34,476 nucleotides of DNA from contig JAPOQI010000143.1 in the NCBI GenBank assembly GCA_026710765.1, positions 1 to 34,476 of the forward strand, given 5' to 3'. The notes beneath the pieces are model-generated. The model searched no databases. It saw only the letters and a program-made list of their open reading frames with translations, and was not told the origin of the DNA. Position 1 is the stretch's first letter; the number at the start of each line of letters is the position of its first letter. Positions 26,735 to 34,476 of the stretch are shown here, one piece after another. This stretch comes from Cytophagales bacterium. GTDB taxonomy: Bacteria > Bacteroidota > Bacteroidia > Cytophagales > JAPOQI01. The position numbers and the translations under genes are program-made.

Positions 26735-27292
26735 ATGAAAAAGAAGCAACTTCTGAAAGCCACCACCGTCATGGGTATAATCCATAAAGGAGAAACCGTG
26801 CTGGGGGCAGACGGCCAAGCTACCCTAGGAGACTGCGTACTCAAAGAACAGGTACAGAAGGTGCGCAAGATCAATAAAGGTAAAATCTTAGCAGGCTTTG
26901 CAGGATCCACCGCAGATGCCCTTAGCCTCCTGGACCGATTTGAAGAAAAACTCCATAATCATCAAGAAAACCTTAAAAGATCTGCTGTAGAATTGGTCAA
27001 AGACTGGAGAACAGACCGATACTTGCGCAGATTGGAAGCCATGTTAGTGGTCGCAGATACCCAAGATCTCCTCTTAATATCCGGAAATGGAGATGTGATG
27101 TCATTAGAGAATAATATTGTTTGTATCGGTTCCGGCGGACAATATGCCCGAGCCGCGGGAATAGCACTAAAAAAGCATGTCCCAGACCTCTCTGCCGAAG
27201 AAATTGTTAAGACAAGTCTCCAAGTTGCTGCGGATATTTGCATCTATACGAACCACCATTTTGTCATAGAAAAGCTTGAATCTCCAGAGTAG
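26735..27292 (+). CDS. hslV: ATP-dependent protease peptidase subunit HslV (ClpQ)
   Basis: ATTV (catalytic Thr after a short propeptide), ADGQAT, GFAGSTADA, WRTDRYLRRLEA, IGSGG, ADICIYTN. ATG 26735 chosen because 26669 overlaps icmF. Confidence 0.95.
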   Translation: MKKKQLLKATTVMGIIHKGETVLGADGQATLGDCVLKEQVQKVRKINKGKILAGFAGSTADALSLLDRFEEKLHNHQENLKRSAVELVKDWRTDRYLRRLEAMLVVADTQDLLLISGNGDVMSLENNIVCIGSGGQYARAAGIALKKHVPDLSAEEIVKTSLQVAADICIYTNHHFVIEKLESPE

Positions 27293-28217
27293 ACCCCCGT
27301 CTATTCCCAAGCTGATCGTACTCCTCGGTGCCACAGGAACAGGAAAAACCCAGGTGGCCCTCCAGATCGCTAAAAGAATGAATATGGAGATCCTCTCCGT
27401 GGACTCCAGACAGGTCTATCAAGAAATGTCCCTCGGAACCGCACAACCTCCCCCCGAAGAACAAGATGGAATCAAGCACCACCTAATCGGATCCCAACCC
27501 CTGAGCCAGACCCTTTCTGCGGGACAGTTTTCCGAAAAGGCACACGAAAAACTCAAATCCCTGATCCGGCGTCAAAAAAGAATTCTGATCGTTGGAGGAA
27601 GTGGATTCTATATCCAAGCTCTTTGTGAAGGACTCCCCAAAATCCCTCAAGCCCCATCTGAAATACGAAAAAAATGGGAAGAAAAATTGAAAACCCAAAA
27701 GGGAATAGAAGAACTCAAAAAATTCCTACACCAGCACGATCCCATCTTCTGCCAGAGAACAGATGAAAAGAACCTAAGAAGATGGGTCCGAGCTGCCGAA
27801 GTCATAGAGGTATCCGGGCGCCCCTTCTCTTCCTTCCTAGAAGAGAAGGGGCGCCTAAGAACCCCTCAGCAAAACTTCAGAACCTTCAAAATAGGACTCA
27901 AAATGAATAGAAAAGAACTATACGATCGCCTAAATAAACGGGTGGATCACATGATAAATAAAGGACTAGAAAAAGAGGTCAAAAAATTGCTCCAACAGAA
28001 AATCCATATCCCACCCACCATCGGATACCAAGAATGGACACAATATTTTGAAGGCAAACAATCCCGAGAAAAAACCATAGACCTCATCAAACAAAAAACT
28101 AGACAATATGCCAAACGACAAATTTCATGGTTCAAACGAGATAAAAATATCCGATGGTTCTTCCCCCATGAAATAGAAAACATGATCAACTGCCTCAAAC
28201 ACGAAATGAACCCTTAA
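27276..28217 (+). CDS. miaA: tRNA dimethylallyltransferase
   Basis: GATGTGKT, SVDSRQVY, VGGSGFY, TIGYQE, TRQYAKRQISWF; TTG start overlapping hslV. Confidence 0.96.
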   Translation: MNLQSRPPSIPKLIVLLGATGTGKTQVALQIAKRMNMEILSVDSRQVYQEMSLGTAQPPPEEQDGIKHHLIGSQPLSQTLSAGQFSEKAHEKLKSLIRRQKRILIVGGSGFYIQALCEGLPKIPQAPSEIRKKWEEKLKTQKGIEELKKFLHQHDPIFCQRTDEKNLRRWVRAAEVIEVSGRPFSSFLEEKGRLRTPQQNFRTFKIGLKMNRKELYDRLNKRVDHMINKGLEKEVKKLLQQKIHIPPTIGYQEWTQYFEGKQSREKTIDLIKQKTRQYAKRQISWFKRDKNIRWFFPHEIENMINCLKHEMNP

Positions 28218-28228
28218 AAAATCAACCT

Positions 28229-29509
28229 ATGTTCAAACGAATTCTCATCATTAGCTATTACTGGCCACCAAGTGGTGGGGGGGGCGTACAACGATGGTTG
28301 AAACTCAGTAAATACCTACCCAAATCCATAATACCTGTCATCTATACCCCCTCTAATCCTCCTTTTGTGATAAAAGATACAAGTCTGCTCAGGGATATCC
28401 GTCCCCACATGGAGGTCTGGAAAAAACCCATTAAACAACCCCACAGATGCCTCTTCAAAAAAAAAATCAAAGCATATCAGGGCGTTCAGCAAGGTCACCC
28501 ACTGATCAGATTCCTAGGCGCTAATCTTTTTATTCCCGATAGTAAAATCTTGTGGAAAAAAGATAGCCTTAACTTCCTCCTAGGGCAGTTGAAAAAAACA
28601 CATATAGACCTCCTAATCAGTACCGGACCCCCACATAGTATGCACCTCCTAGCTGAAGAGATTAAAAAAAAGACCAAGATCCCTTGGATCGCAGATTTTA
28701 GAGATAACTGGACCGACTGGGAAGTTATACAGGAACTTCCCCTCCTGCCCCTGATTCGACGAAGACACCATAAACTAGAAAAAAGAGTCGTACAAACATG
28801 TGATGGACTCATCACGATAAGTCCAAACTGGAGCCAAAAATTTCGAGAAAAAGGAGCCCAAAATGTGTTCAACATGCCCAATGGATTTGACCCCGAAGAT
28901 ATTCCAAATCCCTTTCCCAAGGCCCCCAAACAAAAATTCCGACTAGTCCACATGGGCATGCTCAACCTGAAAAGAAGCCACTCCTTTTGGAAAGCCCTGA
29001 ATTCCCTTATGAACTCCTATCCGGAAATAAAAACAGAATTGGAAATCACCCTAGGTGGAGAGATAGCAGAAGATCTAAAAGACTTCCTATACCAAGAGTC
29101 AGATCTCTATGAAAAGGTAAAATACATAGGTTATGTGAAGCATCAGGAAGTCTTTAAAAACTATGCCCAAGGACATGTAAATCTCGTCTTCTCCCATACG
29201 GGAAAAGATGCCCAAGGACATATCCCGGGTAAACTACTTGAATGCCTCGCCATACCCCGACCCCTACTCTTCCTCGGAGACCCACAAGGAGATGCTAGCC
29301 AAGTCCTAAACAAATATCCCAACCCATACATCCATATAACCCAACTCCATCAGGTGCAGGATATCCAGCATGCTCTTCTAGAACTCTTCCAAAAACGCCA
29401 TACGAATATCTCAACCCAAGCCATAGAAAATCTAAAATCCTATAACAGACAATATCAAGCAGAAAATCTTGCCAGGTGGATAAATAATATCCAGAAGCCT
29501 AAGACCTAA
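28229..29509 (+). CDS. Glycosyltransferase, GT-B fold, family 4-like
   Basis: YYWPPSGGGGVQRW, STGPPHSMHL, WIADFRDNW, PNGFD, IPGKLLE: a common Bacteroidota GT4-like signature. Confidence 0.88.
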   Translation: MFKRILIISYYWPPSGGGGVQRWLKLSKYLPKSIIPVIYTPSNPPFVIKDTSLLRDIRPHMEVWKKPIKQPHRCLFKKKIKAYQGVQQGHPLIRFLGANLFIPDSKILWKKDSLNFLLGQLKKTHIDLLISTGPPHSMHLLAEEIKKKTKIPWIADFRDNWTDWEVIQELPLLPLIRRRHHKLEKRVVQTCDGLITISPNWSQKFREKGAQNVFNMPNGFDPEDIPNPFPKAPKQKFRLVHMGMLNLKRSHSFWKALNSLMNSYPEIKTELEITLGGEIAEDLKDFLYQESDLYEKVKYIGYVKHQEVFKNYAQGHVNLVFSHTGKDAQGHIPGKLLECLAIPRPLLFLGDPQGDASQVLNKYPNPYIHITQLHQVQDIQHALLELFQKRHTNISTQAIENLKSYNRQYQAENLARWINNIQKPKT

Positions 29510-30692
29510 GAGCCTCTACCCCATACATAGGTTTTCCTTCTATAAAAGCTAACATGGCACCCCCACCTGTAGAGATATGCGTCGCCCCTGCCTTTCCCAA
29601 AATAGATCCAATAGCAGCTATTAAATCTCCACCCCCCACCAAAGAATATCTTCCACGTCTTGTGATTTCTTTGATTAGCTCTGCCATATAGCGGGTGCCT
29701 CGCGAAAAAGGAGAAATCTCAAACATACCCATAGGACCATTCCAAATCACCGCCCTAGCCTGCCGAATATGATCGGCAAACCGAGATAAACTTTTCTCAC
29801 CTATATCCAAACCATATTCTCCATCTGGAATATCATAAAGCGGTCTGAGAAAAGTATCTGTATTTTCCCGAATCTCCCGTGCTGTCACGATATCCACAGG
29901 CAAAATAATCTCCTTACCCGTTTTTTGAGCATGTGATAGCAAATCACGAACCAAGCCTACAGATTCTCGTTCCAACAGAGAAGAGCCTACACGACCCCCC
30001 GTAGCATAAGAAAAAGTATATACCATTCCACCTCCCAACACTAGGGTATCTACCCGATCCAGGAGACGTTGAAGTAAAAGGATCTTATCCGATACCTTGG
30101 CACCCCCTACAAGTGCTAATTTCTTAGCATGGGAATTCTTTAAAGCATGTCCAATCGCCTTCATCTCCTCTTCTAATAAATAGCCCGCTAGGTTATCCTG
30201 AAAGAATTTTGTAATCCCCACATTGGATGCATGCTTACGATGGGCATTCCCAAATGCATCATCTACGAAAACATCTCCAAGTCGTGCCAGTTCCTTCGCA
30301 AAGCCCGACTCATTCTTCGTCTCATCCTCGTGAAAACGAAGATTCTCCATCAACAGAACCCCTTTGGCAGGTAAATCTAAAGACCTTTGATGAGCCTCCG
30401 TACCTATACAAGAAGAACAAAAAGATACCCGACGCTTCCAAATTTCTTCCAAACGGCGAGCTACCCCTTCCAAACTGTATTTGGGATCTATCCCCTTGGG
30501 TCGCCCTAAATGACTTATTAAAAGAATCCGAGAACCTTCATCTTCCAGAATACGATCAAGTGTAGGAAGACTCCGAATCAACCTTGTACTATCCAATATT
30601 TCCCCCTTGGAATCTAGAGGAAGATTGAAATCTACCCGGACCAATACCCTTTTCTGGGAAAAATCGTAGTCCCGTATGCTTGGAATTAGCAT
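29499..30692 (-). CDS. pgk: Phosphoglycerate kinase
   Basis: RVDFNLP, SHLGRPKG, ENLRFH, DAFGNAHR, GGAKVSDKI, WNGPMGMFE, GGGD, HISTGGGA. Confidence 0.97.
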   Translation of the reverse strand: MLIPSIRDYDFSQKRVLVRVDFNLPLDSKGEILDSTRLIRSLPTLDRILEDEGSRILLISHLGRPKGIDPKYSLEGVARRLEEIWKRRVSFCSSCIGTEAHQRSLDLPAKGVLLMENLRFHEDETKNESGFAKELARLGDVFVDDAFGNAHRKHASNVGITKFFQDNLAGYLLEEEMKAIGHALKNSHAKKLALVGGAKVSDKILLLQRLLDRVDTLVLGGGMVYTFSYATGGRVGSSLLERESVGLVRDLLSHAQKTGKEIILPVDIVTAREIRENTDTFLRPLYDIPDGEYGLDIGEKSLSRFADHIRQARAVIWNGPMGMFEISPFSRGTRYMAELIKEITRRGRYSLVGGGDLIAAIGSILGKAGATHISTGGGAMLAFIEGKPMYGVEALRS

Positions 30693-31726
30693 AGGTCTTG
30701 GGATAATCTTTGCGGAAACCTCGTCTCCCGCCTAAGGGCCCGACGGATCCGATCATTCAAGGTTCTGCCCAAAGCCACCTCAGGAAAAAGATCCACCAAA
30801 ATCCAATCTGCCGACATCTGTTCTATCCTGTGAAGTACCTCAAACCATTTTTGAGAAGCCTCTTCTAAATCGCCCCTGGGCGAAAGAACAAAACACCGAT
30901 CTGCCGGAATATCTGTGTACAACTCTTGAAAAGAAATAACCACCGAGCGTTCAATAGGATAACGCGAAAGTAAAGAAGGAATAGAACCTAAAACCAAAGA
31001 CTTCCCAAGAGGTGCATAATGATGTGCCATCCCACCCGGACTTGCCAAATGTACTGAATCCGCAAGCTCCACAGAATATCCTAAGACCTCCTCCAATTCT
31101 TCCGAGGTCAAGGACCCCAATCTATATATGCAAACCTTATCTCCCAGCATACCCACAACCGTGGATTCCAAGCCCTTCTCCGCCTTGCCTCCTTCCAGGA
31201 CATATGAGATCTTCTCTCTAAGACTAGGATGAATATGTTCTGCCAGGGTAGGACTCAAATGACCCGATAAATTTGCACTAGGCGCTACTAAGGGAGAAGA
31301 TAACTCGGAAAGTAAAGCTTGTGTCCTAGGATGAGAAGGAACCCGTACGGCTACCCGAGGAAGACCCGCACATACCACCCTCGGCACCTGAGCTGTTTTG
31401 GGAAGTAAAAGGGTCAAAGGCCCCGGCCAAAAAATATCAGATAACTTACGAAGGGGAGATGGAAAAGATGAAATCCAAGTCCCATCCTCCAAAGAACTTG
31501 GACTCCCAACATGAACGATCAAAGGATTTTGAAAAGACCGACCCTTAACCCTAAAAATATTGTGAATGGCTTTTTCTTGACGAATATCAGCTGCCAAGCC
31601 ATACACGGTTTCAGTAGGAATGGCTACCAAATTACCCTCCCTCAATAGAGCAGCAGCTCTTAATATATCCCTCCCTTGATCAGACATAGCACCCGAATCT
31701 GAAAGCAAAGACCCCTTTTTAAACAT
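30686..31726 (-). CDS. tsaC: L-threonylcarbamoyladenylate synthase (Sua5-type, YrdC plus SUA5 domain)
   Basis: AIPTETVYGL, KGR..NPLIVH, FWPGPLT, AVRVP, APSAN, ESTVV, SPGG.AHHYAP linker, LNDRI. Start uncertain (31735, 31726 or 31687). Confidence 0.93.
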   Translation of the reverse strand: MFKKGSLLSDSGAMSDQGRDILRAAALLREGNLVAIPTETVYGLAADIRQEKAIHNIFRVKGRSFQNPLIVHVGSPSSLEDGTWISSFPSPLRKLSDIFWPGPLTLLLPKTAQVPRVVCAGLPRVAVRVPSHPRTQALLSELSSPLVAPSANLSGHLSPTLAEHIHPSLREKISYVLEGGKAEKGLESTVVGMLGDKVCIYRLGSLTSEELEEVLGYSVELADSVHLASPGGMAHHYAPLGKSLVLGSIPSLLSRYPIERSVVISFQELYTDIPADRCFVLSPRGDLEEASQKWFEVLHRIEQMSADWILVDLFPEVALGRTLNDRIRRALRRETRFPQRLSQDLC

Positions 31727-32750
31727 CCTCCTCATATTGAAAAGGCATCTTCATCAAAAGGGTAGAAGCCTCCTCTACAGAAAGCGTTCCTTTGAAAATA
31801 CGATATAAAAACTCGGGAATTACGCACCGAATATTATAATATTTCGCCAAGCGAACCACCAATTCTGTCGTCCTGACACCCTCTGCGACCTCTTTCATAG
31901 AAGCGATGATGTTCTTTAATTTCTCCCCACGAGCCAAAGACTTGCCTACCGAAAAATTTCGACTATTGGGACTAAAAGAGGTTGCGATCATATCTCCAAT
32001 CCCAGCCAACCCTACAAAAACCCGAGTATAGGCACCTAAGAGACGACCTATGGAAATAAGATCAACCAAGCTGCGACTGATTAATAAAGCCTTCGCATTA
32101 TAACCCAAACTCAGCCCTTCTAAAATACCCGTCCCAATTGCGACAATGTTTTTAAGTGCCCCACAGAGCTCTGTGCCTACCAAATCATGGGCCCCATAAA
32201 CCAAGAAACGATCATTCTTTAATAAATCCTTCCCTTCCCGAATGACCTCATCAAACTCAGAAGCTACAACTGTGGCAGCAGGTTGATGCGAAGCTATCTC
32301 CGAAGAAAGATTAGGACCCGACATACAACCGACCCTAAGTACAGAGGTCTCCTCCCGAATCACCTGAGACATGGTCCTTAGAAGTTCTTTGGGCAAAGGG
32401 GTCGCCGCGGAAGGATCTTCCGAACCAATATCTAAACCCTTTGTCCCATGGATTAGAATATGAGAAGGACCCAGAAAGGGAGAAAATTTACGAATCACCT
32501 CCCGAAAAGCATAAGAAGGAACAATCGGAAAAATGACAGAACACGTGGAAGCCACCTCTTCCGGGGAAGAAGTAACCGAGATATTATGAGACCACTCAGC
32601 CTGATCTATCCCAGGTTCCTGAAGAATACCCTCCCGTAAAAATCGAGAAGAAGAACGAACATATAGACGAACCTGAACCCTCCGAGCCAACAAATTCGCC
32701 ACAGCCAAGCCAAACTTCCCCCCACCCAAAACCCCAACACACCTAGACAT
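31719..32750 (-). CDS. gpsA: NAD(P)H-dependent glycerol-3-phosphate dehydrogenase
   Basis: GVLGGGKFG Rossmann motif, TKG, SGPNL, ELCGALKN, GLAGIGD, SRN, AEGV. Confidence 0.95.
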   Translation of the reverse strand: MSRCVGVLGGGKFGLAVANLLARRVQVRLYVRSSSRFLREGILQEPGIDQAEWSHNISVTSSPEEVASTCSVIFPIVPSYAFREVIRKFSPFLGPSHILIHGTKGLDIGSEDPSAATPLPKELLRTMSQVIREETSVLRVGCMSGPNLSSEIASHQPAATVVASEFDEVIREGKDLLKNDRFLVYGAHDLVGTELCGALKNIVAIGTGILEGLSLGYNAKALLISRSLVDLISIGRLLGAYTRVFVGLAGIGDMIATSFSPNSRNFSVGKSLARGEKLKNIIASMKEVAEGVRTTELVVRLAKYYNIRCVIPEFLYRIFKGTLSVEEASTLLMKMPFQYEEDV

Positions 32751-34407
32751 AAGACTCTAATTCATAACCTTGTAGACGATTGTGATAGTAAAACAAACAG
32801 CTCATATCTTCTGTAACGATATCTCCTTTTTTATTCCTCTTCAGCGGAAGACGAGCATGAAAACTCCCACAGTTCTTGATCCCATCCAGAAGAAACTCAT
32901 CCAGAGATGCTGAAAAACGTCCATCACAAAAAATCTTGTTCTCTTTCTGTAAAGCCTCTAAGCTTTTCCGAACCTTATCAACAGACTCTTGAAAAACCTT
33001 GAATTCAATAAATAACTCTCCCTCATCCAGACGAAAAATATCATACATGTTCGCACGTTTGTACTTCTTTTGTAATAGCTCAAAAGCAACAAAAGCAACC
33101 ACATGACTTGGAAGAACATGATTGTGTGCATGAAGAACAGAAACTAATTTCCGTTCCAACAGACGTGTGTACTGAGACTCACGTTGACCATCTGCCGTAA
33201 TCTTAGCTTGCGAAGAAAGAAAATAGTTATTGATATCTACCAAATTCCCTCGCTCATCCAAACTATCCCCTTTCTCATTTACCTTATTCCCTAAAACATC
33301 CATAGGATCGCCCAACCTAATGATCATACCCAATTGACCAGTCAATCCCCTCAGAATACATTTGATCGCCCCAAAAAAATTTAACTTGACCCTTTTACCC
33401 GTATAATAATGCTCCTTACCCTTTTGTCTTAGATAATCCCGAATAGATGAAGAGGCTTCTAAGACAAAAGGATAGTTTAGAACCATGGGAACAATAAATA
33501 TCTTCTGAGAACTACCTGCTTGCAATAACTCCCGCTGTGCCGTTATAACCGTACCCAATAAACCCAATTTGAGTCTTGCTTCAATATCACCTGAACGAGA
33601 ACGGGTACCCCCTGGAAAAAAGACCGTGTGGCAACCATATTTGATGACCTCCTTTGTATAAACTTGAATGGTGTTCAAATAAAGTGGATTCTTCCGTCTT
33701 CTATCTATCTTGTAGGCACCCAGACGATTCATGAAATGTCCAAGAAATTTTGAATTGAAAAGATTTAGACCTGCCCCATATGCCAAAGGAGGAACTCCTA
33801 CCGCATGTGCCGCAAGACCCACTAAAACCGAATCCAGATTGCTAATATGGGTGGGTAAAAAGATAACCGTTCCCCGACGAGACAAATTACGAACCTGATT
33901 CGATTTGCCAAAGATGGAAAAATGTCTATGCTTCTTATGCCCATCCCAAACCCCCTTTCGGGAATTCCGCCAGTTCAGAATATGAAGCATGCGATCTAAA
34001 AACGCGTAAAACTTAACAACCCCGAAATAATACCTAGGGCGAAAATGTCCCAAAATCTCCCGAACATACCGAGAAACAATCTTCCGCAATAAGACCCGAG
34101 CACGTTTCCCCTTTTGATCCTCAGGCAAGCCACTCATATTAATTAAATGACGCTCTATCCCTTGCCAAAAAGCAATGTCCCCCCGTGGATCTACCGACCA
34201 CGAAAAACGTCTAATACGAATCTTCTCCTTATGAACAGTTAACTCTATCTGGGCAATTAAATTCTCCTGAGAGGTCTGCGACAAAACATGCTCGCAAATA
34301 GAGTCGGTTACCGACTTCTTAAAGGTTCTCCTGGCCCTCGTAAAACGAAGAATAGGCCAATGCCTCCAATCAAAAGATTCCAGCCTTTCTCCTACCTTTG
34401 AATCCAT
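32743..34407 (-). CDS. Glycerol-3-phosphate / phospholipid acyltransferase (PlsB-like)
   Basis: Acyltransferase motifs PTHISNLD (HxxxxD), GAYKIDRR, FFPGGTRS and IVP, adjacent to gpsA. ATG 34407 is the likely start, but the frame stays open to the window end. Confidence 0.85.
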   Translation of the reverse strand: MDSKVGERLESFDWRHWPILRFTRARRTFKKSVTDSICEHVLSQTSQENLIAQIELTVHKEKIRIRRFSWSVDPRGDIAFWQGIERHLINMSGLPEDQKGKRARVLLRKIVSRYVREILGHFRPRYYFGVVKFYAFLDRMLHILNWRNSRKGVWDGHKKHRHFSIFGKSNQVRNLSRRGTVIFLPTHISNLDSVLVGLAAHAVGVPPLAYGAGLNLFNSKFLGHFMNRLGAYKIDRRRKNPLYLNTIQVYTKEVIKYGCHTVFFPGGTRSRSGDIEARLKLGLLGTVITAQRELLQAGSSQKIFIVPMVLNYPFVLEASSSIRDYLRQKGKEHYYTGKRVKLNFFGAIKCILRGLTGQLGMIIRLGDPMDVLGNKVNEKGDSLDERGNLVDINNYFLSSQAKITADGQRESQYTRLLERKLVSVLHAHNHVLPSHVVAFVAFELLQKKYKRANMYDIFRLDEGELFIEFKVFQESVDKVRKSLEALQKENKIFCDGRFSASLDEFLLDGIKNCGSFHARLPLKRNKKGDIVTEDMSCLFYYHNRLQGYELESYV

Positions 34408-34476
34408 ACTGTAGGGCCCAAAAGGAAACCAAACCAATTCTGCAAAAACACGAACAGAATACAAACAAGGGACCCA

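Noticed and set aside
1-34476. CRISPR array, tRNA/rRNA, IS element, prophage, alternative genetic code
   Set aside because: No regularly spaced repeats, cloverleafs, transposase or phage motifs noticed by eye; all genes read through with code 11 and use TAA, TAG and TGA as stops.

Overview
Core-genome segment of a Bacteroidota bacterium, most like Cytophagales. Support: a T9SS C-terminal domain, eukaryote-type ProRS and class Ia RNR, IcmF, and TAnnTTTG promoter boxes. Gene order: ligA (5' part, missed by the ORF track) and proS on the minus strand; then a hybrid sensor kinase, an orphan DNA methyltransferase, uvrB, a 3597-aa T9SS-secreted multidomain surface protein and nrdB-nrdA-icmF-hslV-miaA-GT4 on the plus strand; then pgk-sua5-gpsA-plsB-like on the minus strand. 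Genes are tightly overlapped and the + strand is mostly C/A-rich, which suggests (inference) a compact, host-associated genome. I saw no rRNA, tRNA, CRISPR, IS or phage genes. The most unusual signal is in LigA: its NAD+-binding subdomain Ia carries a 7-heptad N-terminal extension and a ~94-aa, 13-heptad internal segment, together suggesting a long three-helix coiled-coil stalk. Other leads are the chimeric giant adhesin-like protein, the methyltransferase coupled to uvrB, phased repeats upstream of nrdBA and a possible pseudoknot in the kinase leader. All calls come from motif recognition; no database searches were run.
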